Shown piece by piece: positions 29,397 to 37,394 of a stretch of 64,000 nucleotides of DNA. Location of the stretch: NCBI GenBank assembly GCA_963708015.1, contig OY970185.1, positions 2,613,486-2,677,485 on the forward strand, given 5' to 3'. Source of the stretch: an uncultured Chloroflexia bacterium (GTDB lineage Bacteria; Chloroflexota; Limnocylindria; Limnocylindrales; CSP1-4). The translations under genes and the position numbers were made by a program. Below the pieces are notes generated by a model. That model was not told the DNA's origin. It did not search any database and saw only the letters and a list, made by a program, of their open reading frames with translations. Position 1 is the first letter of the stretch. Each line of letters starts with the position of its first letter.

Positions 29397-29881
29397 GCCG
29401 CTTCGCCGGGTGCCACGGGCCGCCTCCGGTGCGCGCACCGGTACCTCCGTCCACGGAGTGGTGCGTCGGTGCGCCCGACCATGGGGTCGGCCCGAATCGG
29501 ACGGATAGGCCATGGCCCTTGGCCGCCCCCGGGGCGTACCGTTTGGGCACGCCGTCGAGCGAGCCATCCGGGGAGGAACCCGGGGCGTCGGTCACGGATC
29601 TGGAACCGGAAGAGCTTCACTTTCAGGGCGGTCCAGGGGAATCCCGGGGATCGTCGACGAGGCCCATCCACTCCGGGTCACGAGCCGAGCAACCATGATC
29701 ATCGGCCAGCGGGCCCGGGACTCGTGACAAGACGGCAGGCCTCATCGGCACCATCATCAGATCACGATCGAACGCCTCTGAGGGCACTCGGAGGCGTCCG
29801 ACGATTCCGGGCCTCGAAGCCCGATCCGCCGCGCCAGCCTCCGCCGGCCCCGGGCCGGCCGACGACCAACCGGTCGGGGCC
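29397..29881. other. about 485-bp hairpin-dense non-coding spacer between convergent genes (candidate ncRNA locus)
   Basis: 16-nt palindrome CCGGTGCGCGCACCGG (29426-29441), several 6-7-bp hairpins (e.g. ACGCCTC/GAGGCGT at 29772-29797), and no credible ORF. Confidence 0.2.
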
Positions 29882-30664
29882 TCAGTCGGGCGGAGGTGGG
29901 ACGGGCCGGCTCGAAGGGTGGGCCCTCCGCACGACGCCCCGGCGATCGAGCTCGGCCCGAACCACCCGGGCCGCCGCGACGAGGTCGGGCTCGCGGGTGA
30001 TCGTGCCGGACACCCAGTCAATGTAGCTCGGCTCGAACGCCGCGATCTGGCCAAGGGTGTGGCCGTGAAACTTGCCGAAGGTCATCTCGGTCGCCAGGGC
30101 CAGCTCGAGCGGCGGTGGGACCGGCGCCCGGAAGTTGCGCAGCCGACCCCGGCGGAGCGGCCCCGTCGGGTCGGACGCTCGGCGCGGCCCGAGATCGGCG
30201 GCGCGCGACCGACGAGCCCGCTGGCCAGGCGATCCGGGGCTGCCGTGGACGCTCGTCCGGCCGGTCGAATCCGGCCGCGTCGTCGTCCGGTTCCGCGCAT
30301 GCAGGACCTCGCTCGTGTCGAGGCGGGCGGTCACCGGCCGGGTCGGCTTCGGTGGCGGCGGCCCGCCGGTGCCGCGCCGGGTACCCGAGGCGTCGAAGGC
30401 GGCGGCATCGGCCGATGCCCGGGTAGTCCGATCGCCGGGGCGCCGTCCGGCGCGGCCGCCCGGCGCCCCATCGGCCCCCTGGAGCTGCTCGTAGGCCGAG
30501 TTGATCTCGGCCATTCGGACGTTGGCGGCCCGGGCAGCCGCGGGATCACCGGCATTGAGGTCCGGATGGTTGGCCCGGGCAAGTCGTCGCCAGGCGCCCT
30601 TGACGGTCGCCGACGAGGCGCCGGGCTCGATTCCGAGGACGACGTACGGATCCCGTTTCTTCAC
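29882..30664 (-). CDS. J-domain protein with Arg/Pro-rich linker and DUF3820-like C-terminal domain
   Basis: 'DPYVVLGIEPGAS...ARANHPDLN' (HPD motif). The C-terminal 'MTFGKFHGHTLGQIAAFEPSYIDWV' resembles the DUF3820/ExoX-C motif. Confidence 0.75.
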   Translation of the reverse strand: MKKRDPYVVLGIEPGASSATVKGAWRRLARANHPDLNAGDPAAARAANVRMAEINSAYEQLQGADGAPGGRAGRRPGDRTTRASADAAAFDASGTRRGTGGPPPPKPTRPVTARLDTSEVLHARNRTTTRPDSTGRTSVHGSPGSPGQRARRSRAADLGPRRASDPTGPLRRGRLRNFRAPVPPPLELALATEMTFGKFHGHTLGQIAAFEPSYIDWVSGTITREPDLVAAARVVRAELDRRGVVRRAHPSSRPVPPPPD

Positions 30665-30700
30665 CCACCGAGTCTAGCGGCCGTCCGAACGCAGCCGCGC

Positions 30701-30729
30701 TTGACAGGACGGGCCCGCCGTCGTCCCAT
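30701..30729 (+). promoter_or_regulatory. sigma-70-like promoter for a leaderless transcript
   Basis: Perfect TTGACA (30701-30706), 17-nt spacer, TCCCAT (30724-30729); ATG at 30737. Confidence 0.4.
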
Positions 30730-30736
30730 TTGGGCG

Positions 30737-31834
30737 ATGTCCAAGGTTCGCCGGGCGGGCCTCGTCGCGACGACCGCCGCCGTGCCGGTTGCCCTCGCCT
30801 ACCGCTTCACCCGGATCTACCGCCAACGGGCCGGCTTCCCGCGTCGACGGGCGCCGCAGTTCGACCCGGCCGACTTTGGGTTGCCCTTCGAGGAGACGGT
30901 CGTCCGATCGGCCGGGGGCGACCTGCCGGCCTGGTTCGTGCCGGCCAACGGCGGCTCACCAGGGCCTGGAGTCGCCCTGATCCACGGCTGGGACTCGGCC
31001 CGCGACCGGATGCTCGGCAACATCGAGTTCCTCCACGCGGCGGGCTTCCACTGCCTGACCTTCGACGTCCGCGGTCACGGGGCGAACCCGGCCGAGGCGC
31101 TGCCGATCAGCGGCGGCGAGTTCGGGTCCGACGGGGGCGCCGCGTTCGCCACCCTGGTCGACCGGCCCGAGGTCACCGTGGGTGGCCTGTTCGGCCACTC
31201 GATGGGCGCCGTCGGGGCCATCCTCGCGGCCGCGGCCGATCCCCGGGTGGCCGCCCTGGTCAGCTCATCGGCCCCTTCCGATCCGCGCCGCCTCGTGGCC
31301 GAGACGTTCCGGCTGGCCCACTTGCCCTTTCCCGCCCCGGTTGCCGCCCCGCTGAGCTGGCTGACCAGCCGCGAGTTCGTCCGCCCCCGTGGCCATCGGG
31401 TCGACGAGGTCAGCGCCGGGGGCGCGATCGGGCGGTTCCGCGGACCGATCCTGATCGTCCACGGTGAGCACGACCAGGTGATCCCTGTGGCCCATTCCGA
31501 GCGCCTCCGCTCGGCGGCCATGGCCGGACGGTCCGAGTTCGACCCGCCGGTCGAGCTGTACCTGGTCAAGGACGGAGGCCACACCTGGCTCTACGAGGAT
31601 CCGGGCTATCGCCGGAAGGTTGCCTCGTTCCTGGCCGGGGCCCTGGGCGGTCCGCTCGAGCCCGAGCTGGCAGGCGAGATCGCTGCCGCCCTACCCGTCC
31701 TGCGCCTGCCCGAGCCCGAGCAGCCGCTCGTCGGGACGCGAGCCGACAACCTGGTCGGGGCGATGCTCGCCGGCACGCCGACGGCAGCTCCCGTTGCCGC
31801 GGCCCCGATCGCCGGATCGGACGACCCGGGCTGA
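30737..31834 (+). CDS. alpha/beta hydrolase (canonical Ser nucleophile)
   Basis: Internal ATG of ORF 29918..31834. 'ALIHGWDS', 'LFGHSMGAVGA', 'IVHGEHDQVIP', 'KDGGHTWL'. Confidence 0.8.
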   Translation: MSKVRRAGLVATTAAVPVALAYRFTRIYRQRAGFPRRRAPQFDPADFGLPFEETVVRSAGGDLPAWFVPANGGSPGPGVALIHGWDSARDRMLGNIEFLHAAGFHCLTFDVRGHGANPAEALPISGGEFGSDGGAAFATLVDRPEVTVGGLFGHSMGAVGAILAAAADPRVAALVSSSAPSDPRRLVAETFRLAHLPFPAPVAAPLSWLTSREFVRPRGHRVDEVSAGGAIGRFRGPILIVHGEHDQVIPVAHSERLRSAAMAGRSEFDPPVELYLVKDGGHTWLYEDPGYRRKVASFLAGALGGPLEPELAGEIAAALPVLRLPEPEQPLVGTRADNLVGAMLAGTPTAAPVAAAPIAGSDDPG

Positions 31835-31891
31835 GCCGGACCGGCTCGGGTCGCAGGCCGGCTGACCCGCCCGGCGGCGGTCAGGCCGGGC

Positions 31892-32998
31892 TTACTGCCA
31901 CTTGAAGAAGCGGGCCGAGATCCCGAAGCAGACGACCGTCCAGGCGACCAGGACCGCGATGCAGAACCACAGCGGCGAGAAGGCCGTCCCGCCGACCATG
32001 ACCTGGCGGAGGGCATCCCCGAGGTAGGTCAGGGGGATCAGACGAGCCACGACCTGGAGTGGCTGGGGCAGCGCACTGAGCACGAAGAACGTCCCCGACA
32101 GGAACATCATCGGGAACTGGATCACGCTGACCATCCCGTTCGCGGCGTCCTCGGTGGCGGCGAACGAGGCGATCACGTAGCCCAGGGACAGGAAGGTCAG
32201 GGCCCCCAGGACGACCAGGAAGGCAACCATCAGGAGGCTCCCGGTGACCTGCATCCCGAACAGGGCGGTACCGACCGAGACGATGATGATCGTCTGGACG
32301 ATCCCGATCAGCAGGCGCATGACGACGTTGCTGCCGACCAGCTGGCCGCGGTGGAGCGGTGTCGCATTCAGCCGCTTCAGGATCATCTTCTGGCGATCGG
32401 CGACGAGGGGGACCGCGGCGAAGATCCCGAGCTGCATCAGGGCCATCCCCAGGATGCTCGGCACGAGGTAGCTGATTGCGTTCAGGTTCTGGGTCTGGAT
32501 CGTGGTCGCCTGGGCTGCCACGACCGGCGGCCTGCCGCCCAGGTTGACCACCCCGAGGACGCTCCCGACGACCTGCTGGATGATCCCCGACGTCGTCGGC
32601 TGGGTCGGGTCGGTGTAGACCTTGACCTGGACCGGATCCGACGAGGCCGCGCTGCCGGCGAGGCCCGCCGCGACGGCGGCCCCGTAGCCCTGGGGGATCT
32701 CGATGATCCCGTCGACCTTGCCCGTCTTCATCAGGTCGGTGGCCGTGGCCAGGTCTGTGTCGGTCAGGTGGACGCCCTCGATCGACGCGAACGCCTCGTG
32801 CAGGGTCGTCGAACCGGCCGGGCCGGCCGACTGGTCGAGATCGACCCAGGCCAGGGTGATCGAGGTCGAGCTGCCCTGGAAGATCAGCCCGAACAGGACC
32901 ACGAAGATGAGCGGGAAGGCGATCGTCCAGAACAGGGCCGCCCGGTCGCGGGTGAAGCTCCGGATGTTGGCCAGGCTGAGCTGGCGGAGCGCATGCAT
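31892..32998 (-). CDS. ABC-2 type exporter permease with large extracytoplasmic loop
   Basis: ORF track. TM1, then a soluble loop of about 150 aa, then five TM segments. Confidence 0.8.
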   Translation of the reverse strand: MHALRQLSLANIRSFTRDRAALFWTIAFPLIFVVLFGLIFQGSSTSITLAWVDLDQSAGPAGSTTLHEAFASIEGVHLTDTDLATATDLMKTGKVDGIIEIPQGYGAAVAAGLAGSAASSDPVQVKVYTDPTQPTTSGIIQQVVGSVLGVVNLGGRPPVVAAQATTIQTQNLNAISYLVPSILGMALMQLGIFAAVPLVADRQKMILKRLNATPLHRGQLVGSNVVMRLLIGIVQTIIIVSVGTALFGMQVTGSLLMVAFLVVLGALTFLSLGYVIASFAATEDAANGMVSVIQFPMMFLSGTFFVLSALPQPLQVVARLIPLTYLGDALRQVMVGGTAFSPLWFCIAVLVAWTVVCFGISARFFKWQ

Positions 32999-33002
32999 CG
33001 GC

Positions 33003-34007
33003 TCAGTCCCGGAGCGCCCGGCCGGTCAGGTCGAGGAACAGGTCTTCGAGGGTCGGCTTGCGGATCCCGAGGTTGCCCGGCTCGACGCCGAGCGCCTCCG
33101 TGGCGGCCAGCAGGCCGCCGATCGTGCCTGGCACGTCCTGGGTGTACAGGACGGTCACCCCGTGATCGTGCTTGACCGACTCGACCCCGGCCAGGGAGGC
33201 CAGCTGGGATTCGCTCAGGGCGTCGATCTGGTCGAACCGGACCGAGCGGTCCTTGAACCGGTTGGAGACCAGCTCATCGACCCTGCCCATGGCCAGGATC
33301 CGGCCGTGGTCCATGATCGCCAGGCGGTCGCACAGGACCTCCGCCTCCTCCATGTAGTGGGTCGTGAGCAGGATCGTCTTGCCCTGCGACTGGAGGCGCT
33401 GGACGAGGTCCCAGAGCGAGCGCCGGGCGGCTGGATCGAGCCCCGTGGTCGGCTCGTCGAGGAAGACGACCTCGGGGTCGTTGACCAGGGCGAGGGCGAT
33501 CGCCAGGCGCTGGCGCTGGCCACCCGACAGCTCGCGGGTCTGGGCCCTGCGCCGCTCGCCCAGGTCGAGGAAGTCGATCAGCTGGTCGGTCGGGAGTGAG
33601 CGGGCGTAGAAGCTCCGGAACAGGTCGAGGACCTCGACCACGGTCAGCTTCGGGTAGAGCTCCGCCGTCTGGAGCGTCACACCGACCCGCTGCTTGAGCG
33701 CATCCGGGCTCCGTGCGGCGTCGATGCCGAGCACCTCGAGCCGGCCGGAGTCGGGCTTGCGCAGCCCCTCGAGCATCTCGACCGTCGTCGTCTTGCCCGC
33801 TCCGTTCGGCCCGAGGAGTCCGAAGATCTCGCCCTGGGCCACCCCGAAGGTCACGCCGTTCACGGCCTGGACCGAGCCGTAGCGCTTGAACACGTCCTCG
33901 ACCCGGATGGCCATGGCGGCGGCCGGAGCGGGCAGGCCCGAGTCCGGGCTGGTCGACGTGGTCGGGGCCATCGTGCCGCCCGGGCCGGCGGAGCCAAACG
34001 TCGTCAT
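33003..34007 (-). CDS. ABC transporter ATP-binding protein
   Basis: 'GPNGAGKTTT', 'LSGGQRQRL', '[11 protein letters not shown]'. Start 'MTTFGS' at 34007, 5 nt after the upstream stop; the track ORF runs to 34100. Confidence 0.85.
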   Translation of the reverse strand: MTTFGSAGPGGTMAPTTSTSPDSGLPAPAAAMAIRVEDVFKRYGSVQAVNGVTFGVAQGEIFGLLGPNGAGKTTTVEMLEGLRKPDSGRLEVLGIDAARSPDALKQRVGVTLQTAELYPKLTVVEVLDLFRSFYARSLPTDQLIDFLDLGERRRAQTRELSGGQRQRLAIALALVNDPEVVFLDEPTTGLDPAARRSLWDLVQRLQSQGKTILLTTHYMEEAEVLCDRLAIMDHGRILAMGRVDELVSNRFKDRSVRFDQIDALSESQLASLAGVESVKHDHGVTVLYTQDVPGTIGGLLAATEALGVEPGNLGIRKPTLEDLFLDLTGRALRD

Positions 34008-34011
34008 CGGC

Positions 34012-35013
34012 TCATTCTGGCATGGGCTCCGGAGAAGGTTCGAGCGGGTCGAATCCGGCCTCGGCGGCCGGATCCGCGCCGGCCTCGGGGGCGGGCGCAC
34101 CCTGGGCCAGGTAGGAGTCCACGGCGACCGCCAGGCCGACGTCGCGGCCGGCCTGCTCGGACAGGAGCCACTTGTGCTCGAGCACGTCGCAGTAGGCCTG
34201 GATGATGTCCCGGTCCGGCCCGACGACCGTCGCCAGCCGGGCCGTGGTCGGCCTGAACACCTCGTCGAGCCAGCGTCGGGCGGCCTCCGGCCGCTCGATC
34301 CGGCGGCTCTCGAACCACTGGAGCCAGGTCCGGTATTCGCGCAGGTCGTTCATCAGGATCCTGGCCTGGCCCTCGAGCGCGACCAAGCCGGTTCGCGCTG
34401 CGAGCTCCCGGGCATGGAACCGCCGGGTCGCCACGGCGATCCGGAACCGGAGGCGGCCGCCGCTGCCGGGCTCCAACTCGATTTCGTCGATGGCGAATCC
34501 CAGGTCATTCAGGCGGCGGACCCGGCTGGTCATCGCGAACCGGTCACCGGGCGCAACCTCCTCCTCGGCATGGAGCTCGACCCACAGCTGGCGATAGCGG
34601 GTCCGGACGCTCTCTGCCTCGCTGATCGCCTGGTCCTGGCCCGCGCCATCCAGCTCGCCGCCCCGGCTGTAGGCGGCCAGGTCGGCAAGCCCGAAGGCGA
34701 CGTTCTCGACCAGCACGTCCAGGTCGTATTCGCGCTGGCCAGCGGACAGATCCCGGTGGACCTCGCTCGTCTCGGCATCGACCAGGTAGGCCTGGATCAG
34801 GTCACCGTCGCGCCGGAAGAGGGTGTTCGCGAGCGAGCAGTCGCCCCAGTAGACGCCGCCCCGGTGGAGGTCGACCAGCAAGGAGGCCATCGCGTCGAGC
34901 AGGCGATCGCGGCCGGCCGACGGCCCGGTCGGCAGGCGCATGAGCAGCCGCCGGTACTGGAGCGAGTGTTCCAGGAATTCGGTCACCAGGATCGCGCTCG
35001 CCCGGCCGGGCAT
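34012..35013 (-). CDS. DUF4032-like / lipopolysaccharide-kinase-like protein (5' end probably longer)
   Basis: 'GGVYWGDCSLANTLFRRDGDLIQAYLVDAETSE'. A stop-free frame with coding-like GC3 continues upstream to 35319 without ATG/GTG/TTG (see finding). Confidence 0.65.
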   Translation of the reverse strand: MPGRASAILVTEFLEHSLQYRRLLMRLPTGPSAGRDRLLDAMASLLVDLHRGGVYWGDCSLANTLFRRDGDLIQAYLVDAETSEVHRDLSAGQREYDLDVLVENVAFGLADLAAYSRGGELDGAGQDQAISEAESVRTRYRQLWVELHAEEEVAPGDRFAMTSRVRRLNDLGFAIDEIELEPGSGGRLRFRIAVATRRFHARELAARTGLVALEGQARILMNDLREYRTWLQWFESRRIERPEAARRWLDEVFRPTTARLATVVGPDRDIIQAYCDVLEHKWLLSEQAGRDVGLAVAVDSYLAQGAPAPEAGADPAAEAGFDPLEPSPEPMPE

Positions 35014-35284
35014 CTCGGCCAGGCCGAGGGGCAGGACTGCCGGCAGCCCGAGCGTTTCCAGCCGTCGCAGGACGGCGTACTCGCTCCGGGCAACCTCGAT
35101 TGGCTCCTCCTTCAGGGCGACCAGGCGGTTGTCGTCCCGGACGAACCGGACGAGATGGCGGGATGGCCCGATGGGCAGCTCGCGCAGGTCGGCCTGGCCC
35201 GCCGTCCAGGCTTCGAGGGGGAGCTCCCAGGGGAGCGCGATCAGGTTCGGCGACGCGCTCCGGAGGCGGAGGTGGGGGAAGTCC

Positions 35285-35731
35285 TCAGCGACCAGGGAGG
35301 CGCTTCCGGAGATAGGCGGTCAGGCTGGCGTCGTAGCCGAGCGACTCGTACAGATGGCGGGCGCCCGGCCGATGATGGCCGGCCGTGACCTCGGCGAAGG
35401 CGGAATCGTGGCCCTGGCCGAAGCGCTCGGCCTCGGCCATCAGGGCGCCCCCGATCCCCCGCCCGCGGACCGACGAATCGACGACCAGGGCGACGATCCG
35501 GACAATCGACTCGTCGTGCTCGAAGCGGGGCACGATGTGGAGCGCAATGAATCCGAGGATCTCGCCATCATGATCGGCCACGATGACCGTTGAGTCGTCG
35601 CTGCCGAAGTGGCCGAGGCGCGCCTCGATCGCCGAGGCGCCCACGGGGTAGCCCTCGTCGGTGAACAGGGCCGCGATCCGCCCGGCGTCGGCCGTCGTGG
35701 CCGGGCGGAGGGCGATGTCGGTCTCGATCAT
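35285..35731 (-). CDS. GNAT-family N-acetyltransferase
   Basis: Start 'MIETDIALRPAT' (ATGA overlap at 35728-35731). 'VVDSSVRGRGIGGALM' acetyl-CoA-binding motif. Confidence 0.85.
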   Translation of the reverse strand: MIETDIALRPATTADAGRIAALFTDEGYPVGASAIEARLGHFGSDDSTVIVADHDGEILGFIALHIVPRFEHDESIVRIVALVVDSSVRGRGIGGALMAEAERFGQGHDSAFAEVTAGHHRPGARHLYESLGYDASLTAYLRKRLPGR

Positions 35732-36192
35732 GGCTCGGATGGTACCCGGTCTGCCTCGACGAGGCTCAGCCGAAACGGGCCGGCCACGGGTCCGTCCAGC
35801 TCGAGCAGCTGCGGACCGAGCGGGCCGTCCCCGGCCCTCGTGCGGCCGTCCGCCGGACCGGTCGCCGGACGCCGGTAGACCGCAACGGGGCCCTCGCCAC
35901 GCCGGGCCAGGGCGGCGGCCAGCCGGCCCTCGGTGCTCGGCTCGAGCAGGATGACCCTGAACAGGCCCTCGGCCGGATCTGCCGGAGCCTCCCGGATCCA
36001 CGCCCGCCCGCCGAGGAGGCGATCCGCGGGCGCGGCCTGCCACCGGCCGCCGAGCTCGCCGGCGGTCCGCTCGAAGTCGACCGTCGCCCAGCCGATCGCA
36101 ACCACCTCCCGGTGATCCCCGGGTCCGAGCGCTGCCTCGAGCCAGGTGGGCAGCCTCTCGCCTTGTCTCGCCTCTGCCGGGGATCGGGTCAC
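35728..36192 (-). CDS. hypothetical protein, glyoxalase/VOC-like (tentative)
   Basis: GTG start 2 nt after the upstream stop. 'AIGWATVDFERTAGEL...ILLEPSTEGRLAAALARRGEGP'. Confidence 0.4.
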   Translation of the reverse strand: MTRSPAEARQGERLPTWLEAALGPGDHREVVAIGWATVDFERTAGELGGRWQAAPADRLLGGRAWIREAPADPAEGLFRVILLEPSTEGRLAAALARRGEGPVAVYRRPATGPADGRTRAGDGPLGPQLLELDGPVAGPFRLSLVEADRVPSEP

Positions 36193-36193
36193 G

Positions 36194-37204
36194 TCAGCTC
36201 CGGCGGCCCACGAACAGGCTGGCTCCCGATGGCAGGTCGACGATCGTCGGCTGGCCGATCCCGGCCGCCTCGAACAGGTCGGCGAATCCGGCATGGTCGA
36301 GCAGACGGGTGCCCTGGAAGAGCTGGTCGAGCTGGATCCCCCACATGATTGCCTCATGCACCGAGCGGGCCCCGTCGTCCTGCTCCGGCAGGGCCCAGTC
36401 GAGGACGACCAGCCGGCCGGCCGGCCGGACGCAGGCCCAGGCCGCCCGGAGCGAGGCGACCGGATCCTGCAGGTCGTGGATGGCGTCCTGGAAGTAGACC
36501 AGGTCGAACTGGCCCGGCCAGGGCAGGTCCTCAGCGGCCCGGCCCTCGATCGTGATCCGGCCGGCCAGGCCGGCCTCCTGGATGTGGCGGGTGGCTCGGG
36601 CGAGCGAATCCGGCTCGAGCTCGACCCCGACCAGGTTCGTCTCGGGAAACGTCGTGGCGACTGCGATCAGCCAGCGCCCGCCGCCGCAATGGACATCGAG
36701 GACGTGGCCGCCCGCAGCCAGGTCAGCGGCCAGGTCGGGCAGCGCGGCCAGGCCCTCCTGGAAGAACACGGCGATGTCCTGGGCGGTCAGGACCTCGACC
36801 GCCCGGTGGTAGCGGGCCGGCCGGATGTCCATCGTCCGACCGGTCCGGGCGTACTCCACGAGCCCGTCGTGATCAAGGCTGTTGACGACGGATGAGACGA
36901 ACTGGCCGCCGAGGTACTCGGGCCGCTGGTCATCGAGCAGGACGGCCGCGACCTGCTCGTCGATCGTCGCCCGGTCGCCGGCCAGGTCGACCAGGTCGAC
37001 CGCGTGGGCCAGGCGCAGCCAGGCCCTGACGAACTCGGATTGGCAGCCGGCCTGGGTGGCCAGCCCGGCCGCGCTGATCCCCGACGGAGCGGCGGCCCGG
37101 ATCCGCCGAAACAGGCCGAGCTCCAGGCCGAGGTAGACCGCCCAGGTCTGGTAGAACCCGGCCAGGCCGGCGGCCAGCTCGTCGAAGCGATCGCCGATCG
37201 ACAT
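36194..37204 (-). CDS. class I SAM-dependent methyltransferase (O-methyltransferase-like with N-terminal dimerisation/wHTH domain)
   Basis: Start 'MSIGDRFDEL' (internal ATG of ORF 36194..37747). Motif I 'VLDVHCGGGRWL'. Confidence 0.8.
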   Translation of the reverse strand: MSIGDRFDELAAGLAGFYQTWAVYLGLELGLFRRIRAAAPSGISAAGLATQAGCQSEFVRAWLRLAHAVDLVDLAGDRATIDEQVAAVLLDDQRPEYLGGQFVSSVVNSLDHDGLVEYARTGRTMDIRPARYHRAVEVLTAQDIAVFFQEGLAALPDLAADLAAGGHVLDVHCGGGRWLIAVATTFPETNLVGVELEPDSLARATRHIQEAGLAGRITIEGRAAEDLPWPGQFDLVYFQDAIHDLQDPVASLRAAWACVRPAGRLVVLDWALPEQDDGARSVHEAIMWGIQLDQLFQGTRLLDHAGFADLFEAAGIGQPTIVDLPSGASLFVGRRS

Positions 37205-37394
37205 GGTCCGGATTGTCGCACGGGCGAATCCGTGTCCGACCCGCGAATCGGTTGCCGATTCCGATCCAAAATACTGGCTAGTGCCAAGTAGCCAATGGCG
37301 GTCGGACCGGCTACGATGGGCACGACCGCTGGCAGATGACCACCGACCGGATGGCTCAAGGCCGGCTGCCGGCGCTCGATGGAAGGCTCGAACG

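Noticed and set aside
29530-29850. tmRNA-like resemblance ('ggggcgtaccgtttggg...' 5' end and 'cgggcctcgaagcccg...cagcctccgcc' near the 3' side)
   Set aside because: The putative T-arm has a 6-nt loop and no CCA-type acceptor end, and no tag-peptide reading frame ending in Ala-Ala-stop is present. The similarity is probably fortuitous.
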